64,000 bases of DNA from Salinispira sp. (GCA_965226555.1 CBDDDG010000021.1:128001-192000); one strand, 5' to 3'. Shown: positions 48,393 through 58,829, counted from the stretch's first letter. A program made the numbers and translations. Notes: generated by a model not told the origin, from the letters alone.

Positions 48393-48872
48393 ATGATTGA
48401 CACACTACTCGCATCAAAAACATTGCAGAAAAATGGTTTCTCTCTTCAGCAGTCGGATGTGCTGGCAAAGATCATTGCGCAGCAAAACGACGAACTCGTA
48501 ACGAAGCAAGATATTCAGCTCCTAAAAAAAGATATGAAGCAAGATATTCAGCTCCTAAAAAAAGATATGGAGCAAGATATTCAGCTCCTAAAAAAAGATA
48601 TTCAGCTCCTAAAAAAAGATATGAAGCAGGATATTCAGCTCCTAAAAAAAGATACGGAAAAACTGCAAACCGATGCGCAGGTACTGCGACACGATATGCA
48701 GGCGCAGCGGGAAGAAACAAAGGAAAATATTCAGGTACTGCGGGAAGAAACAAAGGAAAATATTCAGGCGCTGCGGGAAGATATAACGAAATCAATTCGG
48801 CACATATTCTGGTTGCTTGCTCTCATATTCCCGGTTATGATTACCATACTGGTACTTTTCACACAGCGATAA
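48393..48872 (+). CDS. DUF1640/Bdr-like coiled-coil protein with tandem repeats and C-terminal TM anchor
   Basis: IDTL...L...GFS..Q, LVTKQDI, (QDIQLLKKD) 33/21-bp repeats, hydrophobic C-terminus; TTGACA-17-TATATT promoter 6 nt upstream. Confidence 0.8.
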   Translation: MIDTLLASKTLQKNGFSLQQSDVLAKIIAQQNDELVTKQDIQLLKKDMKQDIQLLKKDMEQDIQLLKKDIQLLKKDMKQDIQLLKKDTEKLQTDAQVLRHDMQAQREETKENIQVLREETKENIQALREDITKSIRHIFWLLALIFPVMITILVLFTQR

Positions 48873-49029
48873 TTATGCGCCGCACCGAAAAATCCGCTAG
48901 CCGCAATGAGCGCGGTACCTTCGCAGGCTTTGACCCTAACCCGCAGGCAGTTCCCTAATATCTTCCAAAATGCGAGAATGCTCAGTGCATAAAAGCATGT
49001 CAAATTTAAAACTTTGCGGAGCAAAACTT

Positions 49030-49470
49030 TCAATATGAACCGGCGTCAATATCGTGATCGTCATGATTTCCGCTGCTGCCGTGCGCGTCTTCAATCTGCT
49101 TGTTCATGCGGGCGATAATTCTGTTCGGCAGACAGGCAGCCCAGTCGCCGCCCCGTTCGAGGTAGCCGAATGAAATACAAATTTTATCTCTGCAGTCGGA
49201 ATGGACAAAACGCGCCCTCCCATCATTCGTGACCTCAAGGATTGTTTTGCCGATCGGGCCTTCAAATTCAACTGTCCGGGGACTGCCGAGTTCATAGCGG
49301 TATTCGGTACCGGATGCCTGAATGAGAACTGATCCGGCAGCGCCGATGTTCTGTACCGACAGAATGAGGAAAAGAATGAAGATCCCAATATATGTGAAAA
49401 TTACAATGAAGTCTCCGGGAGTGAGCGCGCGGAAAAAAGTGGATAATTTGGGGAATCGGCGCCGCATCAT
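49030..49470 (-). CDS. NusG domain II-containing (DUF1312) protein
   Basis: TM followed by GPIG, SDCRDKIC and ACLPNRI motifs. Confidence 0.85.
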   Translation of the reverse strand: MMRRRFPKLSTFFRALTPGDFIVIFTYIGIFILFLILSVQNIGAAGSVLIQASGTEYRYELGSPRTVEFEGPIGKTILEVTNDGRARFVHSDCRDKICISFGYLERGGDWAACLPNRIIARMNKQIEDAHGSSGNHDDHDIDAGSY

Positions 49471-50204
49471 GACCGTTTTTTGCGGTTGCAGATGTACAGA
49501 CCCGAACCCTGCTCATTCCTGCGGTGATCAACCGTGAAAAGGCCAATTGCCCGCACAAGCTCGCCCAGTTTGTTGTAGCCATAGTTGCGGGCGTCAAACT
49601 GCGGCCAGGCGTTCATAACAATTTGCCCAACTGTTCCGAGGTTTGACCAGCCATCGTCATCGTTGCTGTCATCAATGGCCTTGCGTATGGAGTTGATGAG
49701 GCGGGTGTCCTGCTTGAGTTTCATGGGGGTAATTTTTTTTGCCGCAATTTGCGGTTCGTCTCCGGCGCCGTGGAGGTTTTCGGTGTAGAAAAAGCGGTCG
49801 CAGGCTGAGGTGAAGGACTCAGGGGTCTGTTTTCTTCCGAAGCCGAATACAATTTTCCCCGATTCTCTCAGGCGCGATGAAAGCCGCGTGAAATCGCTGT
49901 CGGAGCTGACAATGCAGAATCCATCGAGGTTATCGGCGTACAGCAGGTCCATGGCATCAATAATGAGTGCCGAATCGGTGGCATTCTTGCCAATTGTGTA
50001 GGCAAACTGCTGCATGGGCTGGAGGGAGTTGGAGTGCATGTGCTCCTTCCATGTTTTCATATGCGTGCTGGTCCAGTCGCCGTATATCCGTTTAACATGG
50101 GCTATGCCATGGTTTGCGACCTCTGTGAGTATGGCTTCAATGAGTCCTGCCTGAGTGTTATCGGCATCTATAAGCACCGCAAGACGTTTCTGGTTTTCTT
50201 TCAT
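49467..50204 (-). CDS. NYN-domain ribonuclease-like protein with C-terminal OST-HTH/LOTUS domain
   Basis: LAVLIDADN, KRIYGDW, GKNATDSALIIDAMD, SSDSDF and FDARNYG motifs. Confidence 0.92.
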   Translation of the reverse strand: MKENQKRLAVLIDADNTQAGLIEAILTEVANHGIAHVKRIYGDWTSTHMKTWKEHMHSNSLQPMQQFAYTIGKNATDSALIIDAMDLLYADNLDGFCIVSSDSDFTRLSSRLRESGKIVFGFGRKQTPESFTSACDRFFYTENLHGAGDEPQIAAKKITPMKLKQDTRLINSIRKAIDDSNDDDGWSNLGTVGQIVMNAWPQFDARNYGYNKLGELVRAIGLFTVDHRRNEQGSGLYICNRKKRS

Positions 50205-50334
50205 ATTAGTTCCTATTCCTGTGTAACTCTGATAAAGTATATACTGCCGATTAGAAAAGATCAACAAACAGGGTTTGCATGAATAAAGTTTGTATTTTGC
50301 AAAACTTTGTAATATACTTATTGAAATGTTTGCA

Positions 50335-50368
50335 TTGGAAAATTGTGCAGAGCACAATTTCCAGTAGC
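50335..50368. repeat. Inverted copy of the palindromic element at 6218-6250
   Basis: TTGGAAAATTGTGCAGAGCACAATTTCCAGTAGC is the reverse complement of the 6218 copy with one extra base. Confidence 0.88.
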
Positions 50369-50405
50369 GAAACGTTATCAAATTATTACCGTAAGGAGTG
50401 AAAGT

Positions 50406-51950
50406 ATGAGGATCAAATTTATGGGGGGGGTAGCTCTCGTCGCATTCTGCTCAATGTTTATTGTATTGATTGCCGGATGTCCGATGCCGGAACCAACCCC
50501 TGAACCCGAGCCAACCGTGCCGGGCACAATGGCTGCGCCAACCCTTGAAGTGGGGAATAAGGCACTCATTGCTACATGGACTGCTCCGAACAATGGCGGA
50601 AGCCCCATTACCGGGTATGCTCTGCAATATCGCACAGGCGGTGAAGCATGGACGGAAATTACCGAAGGCATCACCGGCACAGACCACAGCATTACGGGCC
50701 TAGCAAACGCCGCCGAGTACCGCGTACAGGTGCGCGCCGTCAATGCGGTCGGCGCTGGCGACTGGTCGGAATCTGCCGCTGCAACTCCCCCTGCCACTGT
50801 TCCTGCTGCCCCGGTTGCCCCAACCCTTTATGCGGGCACTGGACGGTTCGTTGCTACATGGACTGCGCCGGAAGATAACGGCGGCAGCGCTATTACCGGG
50901 TATGCTCTGCGATATCGCACAGGCGACGGAGCATGGACACAAATTACCGAAGGCATCACCGGCACAGACCACAGCATTACGGGACTGACAAACGGCGCCA
51001 TCTACCACGTGCAGGAGCGCGCCATCAATGAAATCGGCGCTGGACCCTGGTCTGTATCCGCGCAGGGAACGCCGCTAATTTCTACGACATATATTCCTGA
51101 GAGTACGGCAGTTCCTGTAGTCCCTGTGGCTGTCTATAATGCCATTATTGCCAATGAAAACCTCAGCGTTTCTTTAACCCCGGTGGAACCGGGCACTCTC
51201 ACGGTTGAAGGAGGAGACCTGAAGGTAACCCCCGCAACTGCGCCCGACAATGTCACCCCGCCGACAGTTAATGAAAGTACCGGAATTGTTACGGTTACTA
51301 CAAGTACAACGGCAGGAATATATCTGGTATATGGCACTGAAGCCGGAGGTACAGGTATACTGTTTGCCGAATATTTCTACGTTACCGTGAATCCTCAAAC
51401 TAACGGTAGACTGAAAACAGCGGTAACTGACGGGATAACTGCTTGGGGCAATACTGCCGACCTCAACTACATTCTTACCGCGGCAGTAACGGATATGTCT
51501 GAGATTTTCCTACGTAAAAGTGCATTCGCTGGCGACATCTCGCTCTGGGATGTCAGCTCGGTAATGAATATGGCAAGTATGTTCCAGGACGCAAGCGCAT
51601 TCAATGGCGACATCTCACTCTGGGATGTTAGCTCGGTAACGAATATGCAGGGGACATTCAATGGAGCAACCTCATTCAATGGCGATATCTCCGGCTGGAA
51701 TGTCAGTTCGGTAACAAGTATGACCGGTATGTTCCAATCGGCAAGCGCATTCAATCAAAATCTTGAGGATTGGGCCTGGAATAACTCGGTTAATCCCGCT
51801 GTTACATGGAAGACTACTGATGGTGGTGGTAAATGGAATGATGGCACATATATCGGAACTAAATCTGCTATGTTTGCGAATTCCGGCTTGGATGTGGATA
51901 CGGATGGCATTACTCCTGGGAAGCAAACGATTTTTCCGTCATGGTATTAG
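50406..51950 (+). CDS. Fn3 + DUF285/BspA-like repeat surface lipoprotein; in-frame G8 tract in the signal peptide
   Basis: AAGGAG RBS, G8 at 50423-50430, lipobox LIAGC, two Fn3 domains, FNGDISLWDVSS repeats, terminal PSWY. Confidence 0.88.
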   Translation: MRIKFMGGVALVAFCSMFIVLIAGCPMPEPTPEPEPTVPGTMAAPTLEVGNKALIATWTAPNNGGSPITGYALQYRTGGEAWTEITEGITGTDHSITGLANAAEYRVQVRAVNAVGAGDWSESAAATPPATVPAAPVAPTLYAGTGRFVATWTAPEDNGGSAITGYALRYRTGDGAWTQITEGITGTDHSITGLTNGAIYHVQERAINEIGAGPWSVSAQGTPLISTTYIPESTAVPVVPVAVYNAIIANENLSVSLTPVEPGTLTVEGGDLKVTPATAPDNVTPPTVNESTGIVTVTTSTTAGIYLVYGTEAGGTGILFAEYFYVTVNPQTNGRLKTAVTDGITAWGNTADLNYILTAAVTDMSEIFLRKSAFAGDISLWDVSSVMNMASMFQDASAFNGDISLWDVSSVTNMQGTFNGATSFNGDISGWNVSSVTSMTGMFQSASAFNQNLEDWAWNNSVNPAVTWKTTDGGGKWNDGTYIGTKSAMFANSGLDVDTDGITPGKQTIFPSWY

Positions 51951-52085
51951 AAACTTTTGCGGAAGCGCGGTTTCCAGAAAAAGCATTCCATAAGCATTCT
52001 GAGGAGGAAATCTGCTTCGAATTATATGTTCCGGTGGAAAGCTGAATCTGAAATTACCCTAGTATAATGATTATGGGAGCATGAA

Positions 52086-52613
52086 ATGGGATCGAAAAAT
52101 CAGAGAGAGGTTGATGCGCGCGCATTAGTGCTGTCGGTGCCTGAAAAAGATTATGGCGAGAATTACCGGGATCATTTCCTGCAAATCTATTTCACATGTC
52201 TTGATATGGCAGATAAGATTAGTGATCGGCGGCAGTCGGCAAATAGCTTTTTTTTGAGCATCAATTCTGCCATTATTGCTTTTTTCGGATATACCGCATC
52301 GGGCGCTGGTAATGTTCCGGCGGAGTTGCCTCAGTGGCAGTGGATATTTGCCGCTGTTGGAGTGCTGCTCTGTTGGATATGGCGCGGGCTGATTATTTCG
52401 TATAAACGATTAAACAGCGCGAAGTTCAAAATCATACTCGAAATGGAAAAGCACCTCCCCGCAAAACCATTCGGCGCGGAATGGGAACTCCTAGAAAAAG
52501 GACAGAAGCCGAAAATCTACCGACCATTTACCACCATGGAACAGTATGTGCCGGTAATTTTCATGGCGCTGCACGTAATTATTATTATTTTTGCAGCCGG
52601 ATTTTTGCGATAA
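52086..52613 (+). CDS. Small membrane protein, RipA/8xMP-like (possible pore-forming defence effector)
   Basis: MADKISDRRQSANSFF, SYKRLNSAKFKII..E..LP, three hydrophobic segments. Confidence 0.6.
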   Translation: MGSKNQREVDARALVLSVPEKDYGENYRDHFLQIYFTCLDMADKISDRRQSANSFFLSINSAIIAFFGYTASGAGNVPAELPQWQWIFAAVGVLLCWIWRGLIISYKRLNSAKFKIILEMEKHLPAKPFGAEWELLEKGQKPKIYRPFTTMEQYVPVIFMALHVIIIIFAAGFLR

Positions 52614-53006
52614 TGCCTTCCAGCATTCGTTGAGCAGATTGTTCTTCCAGCAAAAAAACAACTTCCTTCACCGGGGATCCGCTCCATTGAAAAGCCCCTC
52701 TGTCCACAACCACCTGACTGCCCCGTCCGGCAAATTGCCGAAATTCCTCGGCCAATTCCTCCAGCAGCGTGGGATACAGCTGATTCTCCGGCTCCGTACC
52801 TCGGCAAAACCCTTGCTGCCGCCCTCTTTCACGAGGGCGGTATGGACATTGGACTTGAGAGCTTCCTGTAAAAACTCAAACACATGAAAAATCGTGCTTT
52901 TGCCAGTGCCGTTGGCGCCGACAATTACGCAAAAATTGGGTATGTCTCTCATAGTGACAGAACGCAGCCCCTTGAAATTCTTAACCCGTAATTGCTCAAT
53001 TTTCAT
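52600..53006 (-). pseudogene. Internally deleted AAA ATPase gene plus the start of a DUF4276-like partner
   Basis: Walker A GANGTGKS joined out of frame to EPENQLYP, then terminal LWTEGLFNGADPR*; overlapping GTG 52671 gives VKEVVFLLEEQSAQRMLEGII. Confidence 0.7.
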
Positions 53007-53144
53007 TTCTGCCTCCAGAATCCGTATAGAACCATATCATGCTACATCCATATCATTCCATGTTTCTGCATCGTTTCAAGGCAGATTGACAGCATACAAA
53101 CAAATATCTTGCAAAAATATCAATATCGGATTATCTTATAAGGT

Positions 53145-54122
53145 ATGGAAGTCAGTAAAAACATTGATGAGATTCATGAACGGCTCGCATTGACAATGCC
53201 CCCCCACGAGGTTGAGGCGGCACTGGAGAAAATTCGGGAAATTCATGAGTTGAAGCGGAGCATGAATGTTGTTGTGCTTGGGCATAATTATATGACCCCC
53301 GATGTTTTTTACGGTGTTTCCGATATTGTCGGAGACAGCCTCGGGCTTGCCCGGGCGGCGGCTGATACCGATGCCGATATTATTTTGTTTAACGGCGTGC
53401 ATTTCATGGCGGAGACCGCCAAAATTATGAACCCCCGCAAGACCGTGCTCATTGCCGACCGTGAAGCCGGCTGCTCCCTTGCCGAAAGCATTAACGCTGC
53501 CGATGTGCGCGCCCTGAAGGCGGAGTATCCCGGCGCTCCGGTGGTAACCTATGTGAACTGCTCCGCCGAGGTCAAGGCTGAGACTGATATCTGCTGCACG
53601 AGCGCCAACGCCCTGAAAGTGGTGGAGTCGGTGGACAGCGATACCGTCATCTTCCTGCCCGATGCCTACCTTGCCAAAAATATCGCCAAACAGACGAGTA
53701 AGAAGATTATTTCTTGGGAGAAAGGAAAGTGTATGGTGCATGAGCAGTTTACGCGGGCAGACATTGAATCGGCCCGATTCCAGTTTGATGATCTGCTTGT
53801 TATCAGCCATCCTGAATGCGATACCGATGTGACCGGCGCCTCCGATTTTTCCGGCAGCACCAGCCAGATGGAAAGCGTGATCCGCGGCAGCGACCGGAAT
53901 AATGTCATGCTGATTACCGAATGCAGCATGGGCGACAACCTCCGCTCGGTTTTTCCGCGGCGCAATTTTGTAAGCACCTGTCAGACCTGTCCCCACATGA
54001 AACGCATTACCCTCGACAAAATTCTTCATTCCCTGAAGGAACTGGTATGTGAGGTTGATCTGGATGATGATATTATCCGCCGTGCCCGAAAGTCAGTTGA
54101 GCGGATGATCGCCATCGGCTAA
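53145..54122 (+). CDS. nadA: Quinolinate synthase
   Basis: [34 protein letters not shown] and CPHMK motifs. Confidence 0.96.
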   Translation: MEVSKNIDEIHERLALTMPPHEVEAALEKIREIHELKRSMNVVVLGHNYMTPDVFYGVSDIVGDSLGLARAAADTDADIILFNGVHFMAETAKIMNPRKTVLIADREAGCSLAESINAADVRALKAEYPGAPVVTYVNCSAEVKAETDICCTSANALKVVESVDSDTVIFLPDAYLAKNIAKQTSKKIISWEKGKCMVHEQFTRADIESARFQFDDLLVISHPECDTDVTGASDFSGSTSQMESVIRGSDRNNVMLITECSMGDNLRSVFPRRNFVSTCQTCPHMKRITLDKILHSLKELVCEVDLDDDIIRRARKSVERMIAIG

Positions 54123-55150
54123 TCCTCGCCGTTTGTTTTTTGCTGATATTCCTGTATCCGCCGGAGCACTTCGGTATGAGCGATGTTTTCTGCGCTGTTC
54201 TGCCTGTTCCGATTTTCCTTTAATGCGGCATACTGCGCGCCGGCATGGTAGCTTGAGCGGACGAGGGGGCCGGCCTCAACAAAGGCGAAACCCTTCTCAA
54301 GCGCATGTTCCCGAAGGTCGGTAAATTCCTCAGGACTCCAGTATTTTCTGACCGGCAGATGATTGCGGCTCGGCTGAAGATACTGCCCCATGTTCATCAT
54401 GGAAACACCGCAGCCGATGAGGTCATCCATGAGCCCGAGCACTTCCTCCTTTGTTTCACCGAGTCCGAGCATAATGCTCGATTTCAGTACCGCATGCGGA
54501 TCTTGCTCTCCGAACATTCTGAGCACCCGCAGGCTTCTGTCGTAAAATGACCGCGAACGGACAACAGGCGTCAGGCGGCGAACTGTTTCGAGGTTATGGC
54601 TCATAATATCGGGACTGCTGTTGAGAACACAGGCTATTGCATCAGCATTTGCCATAAAATCGGAGGTGAGCAGTTCAATTCCGCAGTCGGGCGCCCGCTG
54701 CCGTATGGCATGCACCGTCTCGGCAAGGAGGCGCGCGCCGCCGTCCTTCAGATCATCTCTGTTAACCATGGTAATGACCACGTGCTGAAGGCGCAGTTCA
54801 CGCACGGAGTCGGCCACGCGCTGCGGTTCTCCCCAGTCGACAGCGCCGGGCAGGCCGGTTTTAACGGCGCAAAAACGGCAGCGGCGGGTGCAGGTATCTC
54901 CGAGTACCATGAATGTTGCGGTCTTATGGCTTCCCCAGCACTCATGGATATTCGGGCAGCGGGCTTCCTCGCAGACGGTATGCAGGCCTTCCCGTTTGAC
55001 CATCTGCTTGAGGCCGCGGAATTTTTCAGTGGTATTGAGCCTGATCCGCAGCCATTCCGGCTTGCGCCGTACCGCAGGCGGCTCTTCCGGCGCAAGCCTC
55101 GTAAATTCAGCCAGATCGGTCGATGAGTTCATAACAAGATGTTCTTTCAT
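54119..55150 (-). CDS. lipA: Lipoyl synthase
   Basis: [26 protein letters not shown] and PLVRSSY motifs. Confidence 0.97.
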   Translation of the reverse strand: MKEHLVMNSSTDLAEFTRLAPEEPPAVRRKPEWLRIRLNTTEKFRGLKQMVKREGLHTVCEEARCPNIHECWGSHKTATFMVLGDTCTRRCRFCAVKTGLPGAVDWGEPQRVADSVRELRLQHVVITMVNRDDLKDGGARLLAETVHAIRQRAPDCGIELLTSDFMANADAIACVLNSSPDIMSHNLETVRRLTPVVRSRSFYDRSLRVLRMFGEQDPHAVLKSSIMLGLGETKEEVLGLMDDLIGCGVSMMNMGQYLQPSRNHLPVRKYWSPEEFTDLREHALEKGFAFVEAGPLVRSSYHAGAQYAALKENRNRQNSAENIAHTEVLRRIQEYQQKTNGED

Positions 55151-55183
55151 GATGTTCCCATTATACACCGGAACACCGCTTTT

Positions 55184-56788
55184 TTAGAACCGCCTGTCAC
55201 TTAGTTCCCTGTAGGCATCGGTGCCTTGTAAGGCTTCGTTTTCCTGTATGAGATCCCATGCGGTGGTTCCGTTTTCATCCTGTGCATGAACATCAGCGCC
55301 GGCATTCAGGAGTGTGGTAATAATTTCGGGGTTTTGGTTATATCTGGCAGCCAACAATAGGGCTGTCCATCCGAGGTTATTCCGCGCATGAACATCAGCC
55401 CCGGCATTGATGAGGGTGGTAATGATATTAGGTTTTTGGGTATTACTGGCAACCATCATCAGGGGAGTCCATCCGAGGTTATTCTGCGCATGAACATCAG
55501 CGCCGGCATTGATGAGGATGGTAATGACATCGGGATTTTGGTTATTACGGGCAGCCCACATCAGGGGAGTCCATCCGTCTTTAGTCCGCGCATGAATATC
55601 AGCTCCGGCATTGATGAGGATGGTAATGACATTGGGGTTTTTATTATTTTTGGTAGCCACCATCAGGGAAGTCCATTCGTATTCAGTCCGCGCATGAATA
55701 TCAGCGCCGGCATTGATGAGGGCGGTAATGACATCGGGGTTTTCGTTATATTCGGCAGCCCGCATCAGGGGAGTCCATCTGAATTTATTCCGCGCATTAG
55801 CATCAGCTCCCGCATCTAGCAGGGCGGTAATAATTTTGGGGTTTTGGTTATATCTGGCAGCCGCCATCAGGGGAGTTCCGTATTCATTCCGCTCATTAGC
55901 ATCAGCTCCCGCATCTAGCAGGTCGGTAATAATTTTGGGGTTTTGGTTATTACGGGCAGCCACCATCAGGGCTGTCCATCCGTATTCAGTCCGCGCATGA
56001 ATATCAGCTCCAGCATTGATGAGGGTGGTAATGACATCGGGGTTTTGGTTATATCTGGCAGCCGCCATCAGGGGAGTTCCGTATTCATTCCGCGCATTAG
56101 CATCAGCTCCCGCATCTAGCAGGGCGGTAATAATTTCGGGGTTTTGGTTATATCTGGCAGCCACCATCAGGGCTGTCCATCCGTTTTCAGTCCGCGCATG
56201 AATATCAGCTCCAGCATTGATGAGGGCGGTAATGACATCGGGGTTTTGGTTATATCTGGCAGCCCGCATCAGGGAAGTCCTTCCGTCTTCGGTCTGCGCA
56301 TGAATATCAGCGTCAGCATTGATGAGGGCGGTAATGACATCGGGGTTTTGGTTATTACGGGCAGCCAGCATCAGGGATGTCCATCCGTCTTTAGTCCGCG
56401 CATGAATATCAGTTCCAGCATTGAAGAGGGCGGTAATGACATCAGGGTTTTGGTTATATCTGGCAGCCACCATCAGGGCTGTCCATCCGTTTTCAATTTG
56501 CGCATGAACATCAGCTCCTGCATTGAATAGGGCGGTAATGATATTAGGGTTTTGGTTATTACTGGCAGCCAACATCAGAGGAGTCCATCCGCGGTTATTC
56601 CGCGCATGAACATCAGCCCCGGCATTTATGAGGGCTGTAATAATTTCGGGGTTTTGGTTATATCTGGCAGCCCGCATCAGGGGAGTCCTTCTGTCTTCAT
56701 CCTTCGCATATACATCTATGCTTCCTGCGCTCAGTGCCTGCCGTACTTCTTTAGGCGATATGTTTATCCAGTCTTTGGCATCCCACAT
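55184..56788 (-). CDS. Ankyrin-repeat protein, about 14 near-identical 33-34-aa repeats between N- and C-caps
   Basis: (TPLMxAAxxNQNPDVITALINAGADIHAR)n with a 99-102-bp period. Confidence 0.95.
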   Translation of the reverse strand: MWDAKDWINISPKEVRQALSAGSIDVYAKDEDRRTPLMRAARYNQNPEIITALINAGADVHARNNRGWTPLMLAASNNQNPNIITALFNAGADVHAQIENGWTALMVAARYNQNPDVITALFNAGTDIHARTKDGWTSLMLAARNNQNPDVITALINADADIHAQTEDGRTSLMRAARYNQNPDVITALINAGADIHARTENGWTALMVAARYNQNPEIITALLDAGADANARNEYGTPLMAAARYNQNPDVITTLINAGADIHARTEYGWTALMVAARNNQNPKIITDLLDAGADANERNEYGTPLMAAARYNQNPKIITALLDAGADANARNKFRWTPLMRAAEYNENPDVITALINAGADIHARTEYEWTSLMVATKNNKNPNVITILINAGADIHARTKDGWTPLMWAARNNQNPDVITILINAGADVHAQNNLGWTPLMMVASNTQKPNIITTLINAGADVHARNNLGWTALLLAARYNQNPEIITTLLNAGADVHAQDENGTTAWDLIQENEALQGTDAYRELSDRRF

Positions 56789-56952
56789 CAGGGAGTACTT
56801 CCGTATTCGGTCTGTGCATGAATATCAGCGCCGGCATTCAGCGGGGCGGTAATGACATCGGGGTTTTGGTTATAAACGGCAGTGTGCATACGGGCAGTGT
56901 AGCCGATACACAGCAGTATCGTCAATATCATTGAAAAATTGTATGTTTTCAT
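56788..56952 (-). CDS. 54-aa leader ORF (hydrophobic N-terminus + partial ankyrin repeat) joined by a TGATG overlap to the ankyrin gene
   Basis: MKTYNFSMILTILLCIGY...EYGSTP*; the stop overlaps ATG 56788. Confidence 0.6.
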   Translation of the reverse strand: MKTYNFSMILTILLCIGYTARMHTAVYNQNPDVITAPLNAGADIHAQTEYGSTP

Positions 56953-57022
56953 AATGACCTTTGTTATATGTTGATGGTCAATTATATATGATGTCGCGGG
57001 ATGCATCTATAGTGCCGCTTTT

Positions 57023-58665
57023 TTAGAACCGCCTTTTGTTGAGTTCCCTGTAGGCATCGGTTCCTTGTAAGGATTCGTTTTCCTGTATGAGAGCCCATGC
57101 GGTGGTTCCGTTTTCATCTTGTGCATGAACATCAGCCCCGGCATTGATGAGGGCGGTGATAATTTCAGGATTTTCATTATATCTGGCAGCAAACAACAAG
57201 GGAGTCCATTTGTATTCATTCCGCGCATTAGCATCAGCTCCCGCATTCAAGAGAGTGGTGATGATTTCAAGGTTGCTGTTAAAACCAGCAGCCGCCATCA
57301 GGGGAGTCCATCCGCGGTTATTCTGCGCATGAACATCAGCGCCGGCAGTGATGAGGGTGGTAATGACATCAGGGTTTTTATTATTTTTGGCAGCCACCAT
57401 CAGGGGAGTCCATCCGCGGTTATTCTGCGCATGAACATCAGCGCCGGCATTGATGAGGATGGTAATGACATCAGGGTTTTTATTATTTTTGGCAGCCATC
57501 ATCAGGGAAGTCCATTCGTATTCAGTCTGCGCATGAATATCAGCGCATTAGCATTGATGAGGGCGGTAATGACATCGGGGTTTTGGTTATATCTGGCAGC
57601 CGCCATCAGGGGAGTTCCGTATTCATTCCGCACATTAGCATTAGCTCCCGCATTGATGAGGGCGGTAATAATTTCGGGGTTTTGGCTAGGGCAGCCACCA
57701 TCAGGGGTCCATCCGTTTTCAGTCCGACATCAGGGCATTGATGAGGGTGGTAATGACATCGTTCAGGGGGTTATCTGGTCAGGGAGCCGCCATCCGTTTT
57801 CAGTCCGCACATGAATATCAGCTCACGGGCAGCCATCATCATGGCTGTCCATCCGTTTTCAGTCCGCGCATGAATATCAGCTCCAGCATTAATGAGGGCG
57901 GTAATGACATCGGGGTTTTGGTTATATCTGGCAGCCGCCATCAGGGGAGTTCCGTATTCATTCCGCCATTAGCATCAGCTCCCGCATCTAGCAGGGCGGT
58001 AATAATTTCGGGGTTTTGGTTATATCTGGCAGCCGCCATCAGGGGAGTCCATCCGTTTTCGGTCCGCGCATGAATATCAGCTCCAGCATTGATGAGGGTG
58101 GTAATGACATCGGGGTTTTGGTTATATTTGGCAGCCCGCATCAGGGCTGTCCATCCGTCTTTAGTCCGCGCATGAATATCAGCGTCAGCATTGATGAGGG
58201 CGGTAATGACATCGGGGTTTTGGTTATTACGGGCAGCCAGCATCAGGGATGTCCATCCGTCTTTAGTCCGCTCATGAATATCAGCTCCCGCATCTAGCAG
58301 GACAGTAATAATTTCGGGGTTTTGGTTATATCTGACAGCCCACATCAGGGGAGTCCATCTGTTTTTATCCCGTCCGTTAACATCAGTGCCGGCATTGATA
58401 AGGGTGGTAATGACATCGGGGTTTTGATTATTACTGGCAGCCACCATCAGGGCTGTCCATTCCGTTATTCAGTCTGCGCATAAATATCAGCTCCGGCATT
58501 TATGAGGGCTGTAATAATTTCGGAGTTTTGGTTATATTTGGCAGCCCGCATTAGGGAAGTCCTTCCGTCTTCATCCTTCGCATATACATCTATGCTTCCT
58601 GCGCTCAGTGCCTGCCGTACTTCTTTAGGCGATATGTTTACCCAGTATTCTTTGGCATCCCACAT
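57023..58665 (-). pseudogene. Tandem duplicate ankyrin gene broken by several indels (true decay or assembly error)
   Basis: Fragments 58465-58665, 57941-58447 and 57023-57502; scrambled repeats at about 57680-57850. Confidence 0.8.
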
Positions 58666-58829
58666 CAGAGAGTACTTCCGTATTCGGTCTGCGCATGAAT
58701 ATCAGCGTCAGCATTGATGAGGGCGGTAATGACATCGGGGTTTTGGTTATAAACGGCAGCGTGCATACGGGCAGTGTAGCCGATACACAGCAGTATCGTC
58801 AATATCATTGAAAAATTGTATGTTTTCAT
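58665..58829 (-). CDS. Second copy of the 54-aa leader ORF with the same TGATG junction
   Basis: MKTYNFSMILTILLCIGY...EYGSTL*. Confidence 0.6.
   Translation of the reverse strand: MKTYNFSMILTILLCIGYTARMHAAVYNQNPDVITALINADADIHAQTEYGSTL

Noticed and set aside
2036..54029. Long antisense or alternate-frame ORFs (e.g. 2036-2818, 11569-12411, 16474-17244, 27533-28156, 41502-42209, 53136-54029)
   Set aside because: They overlap well-supported genes and have no recognisable motifs.
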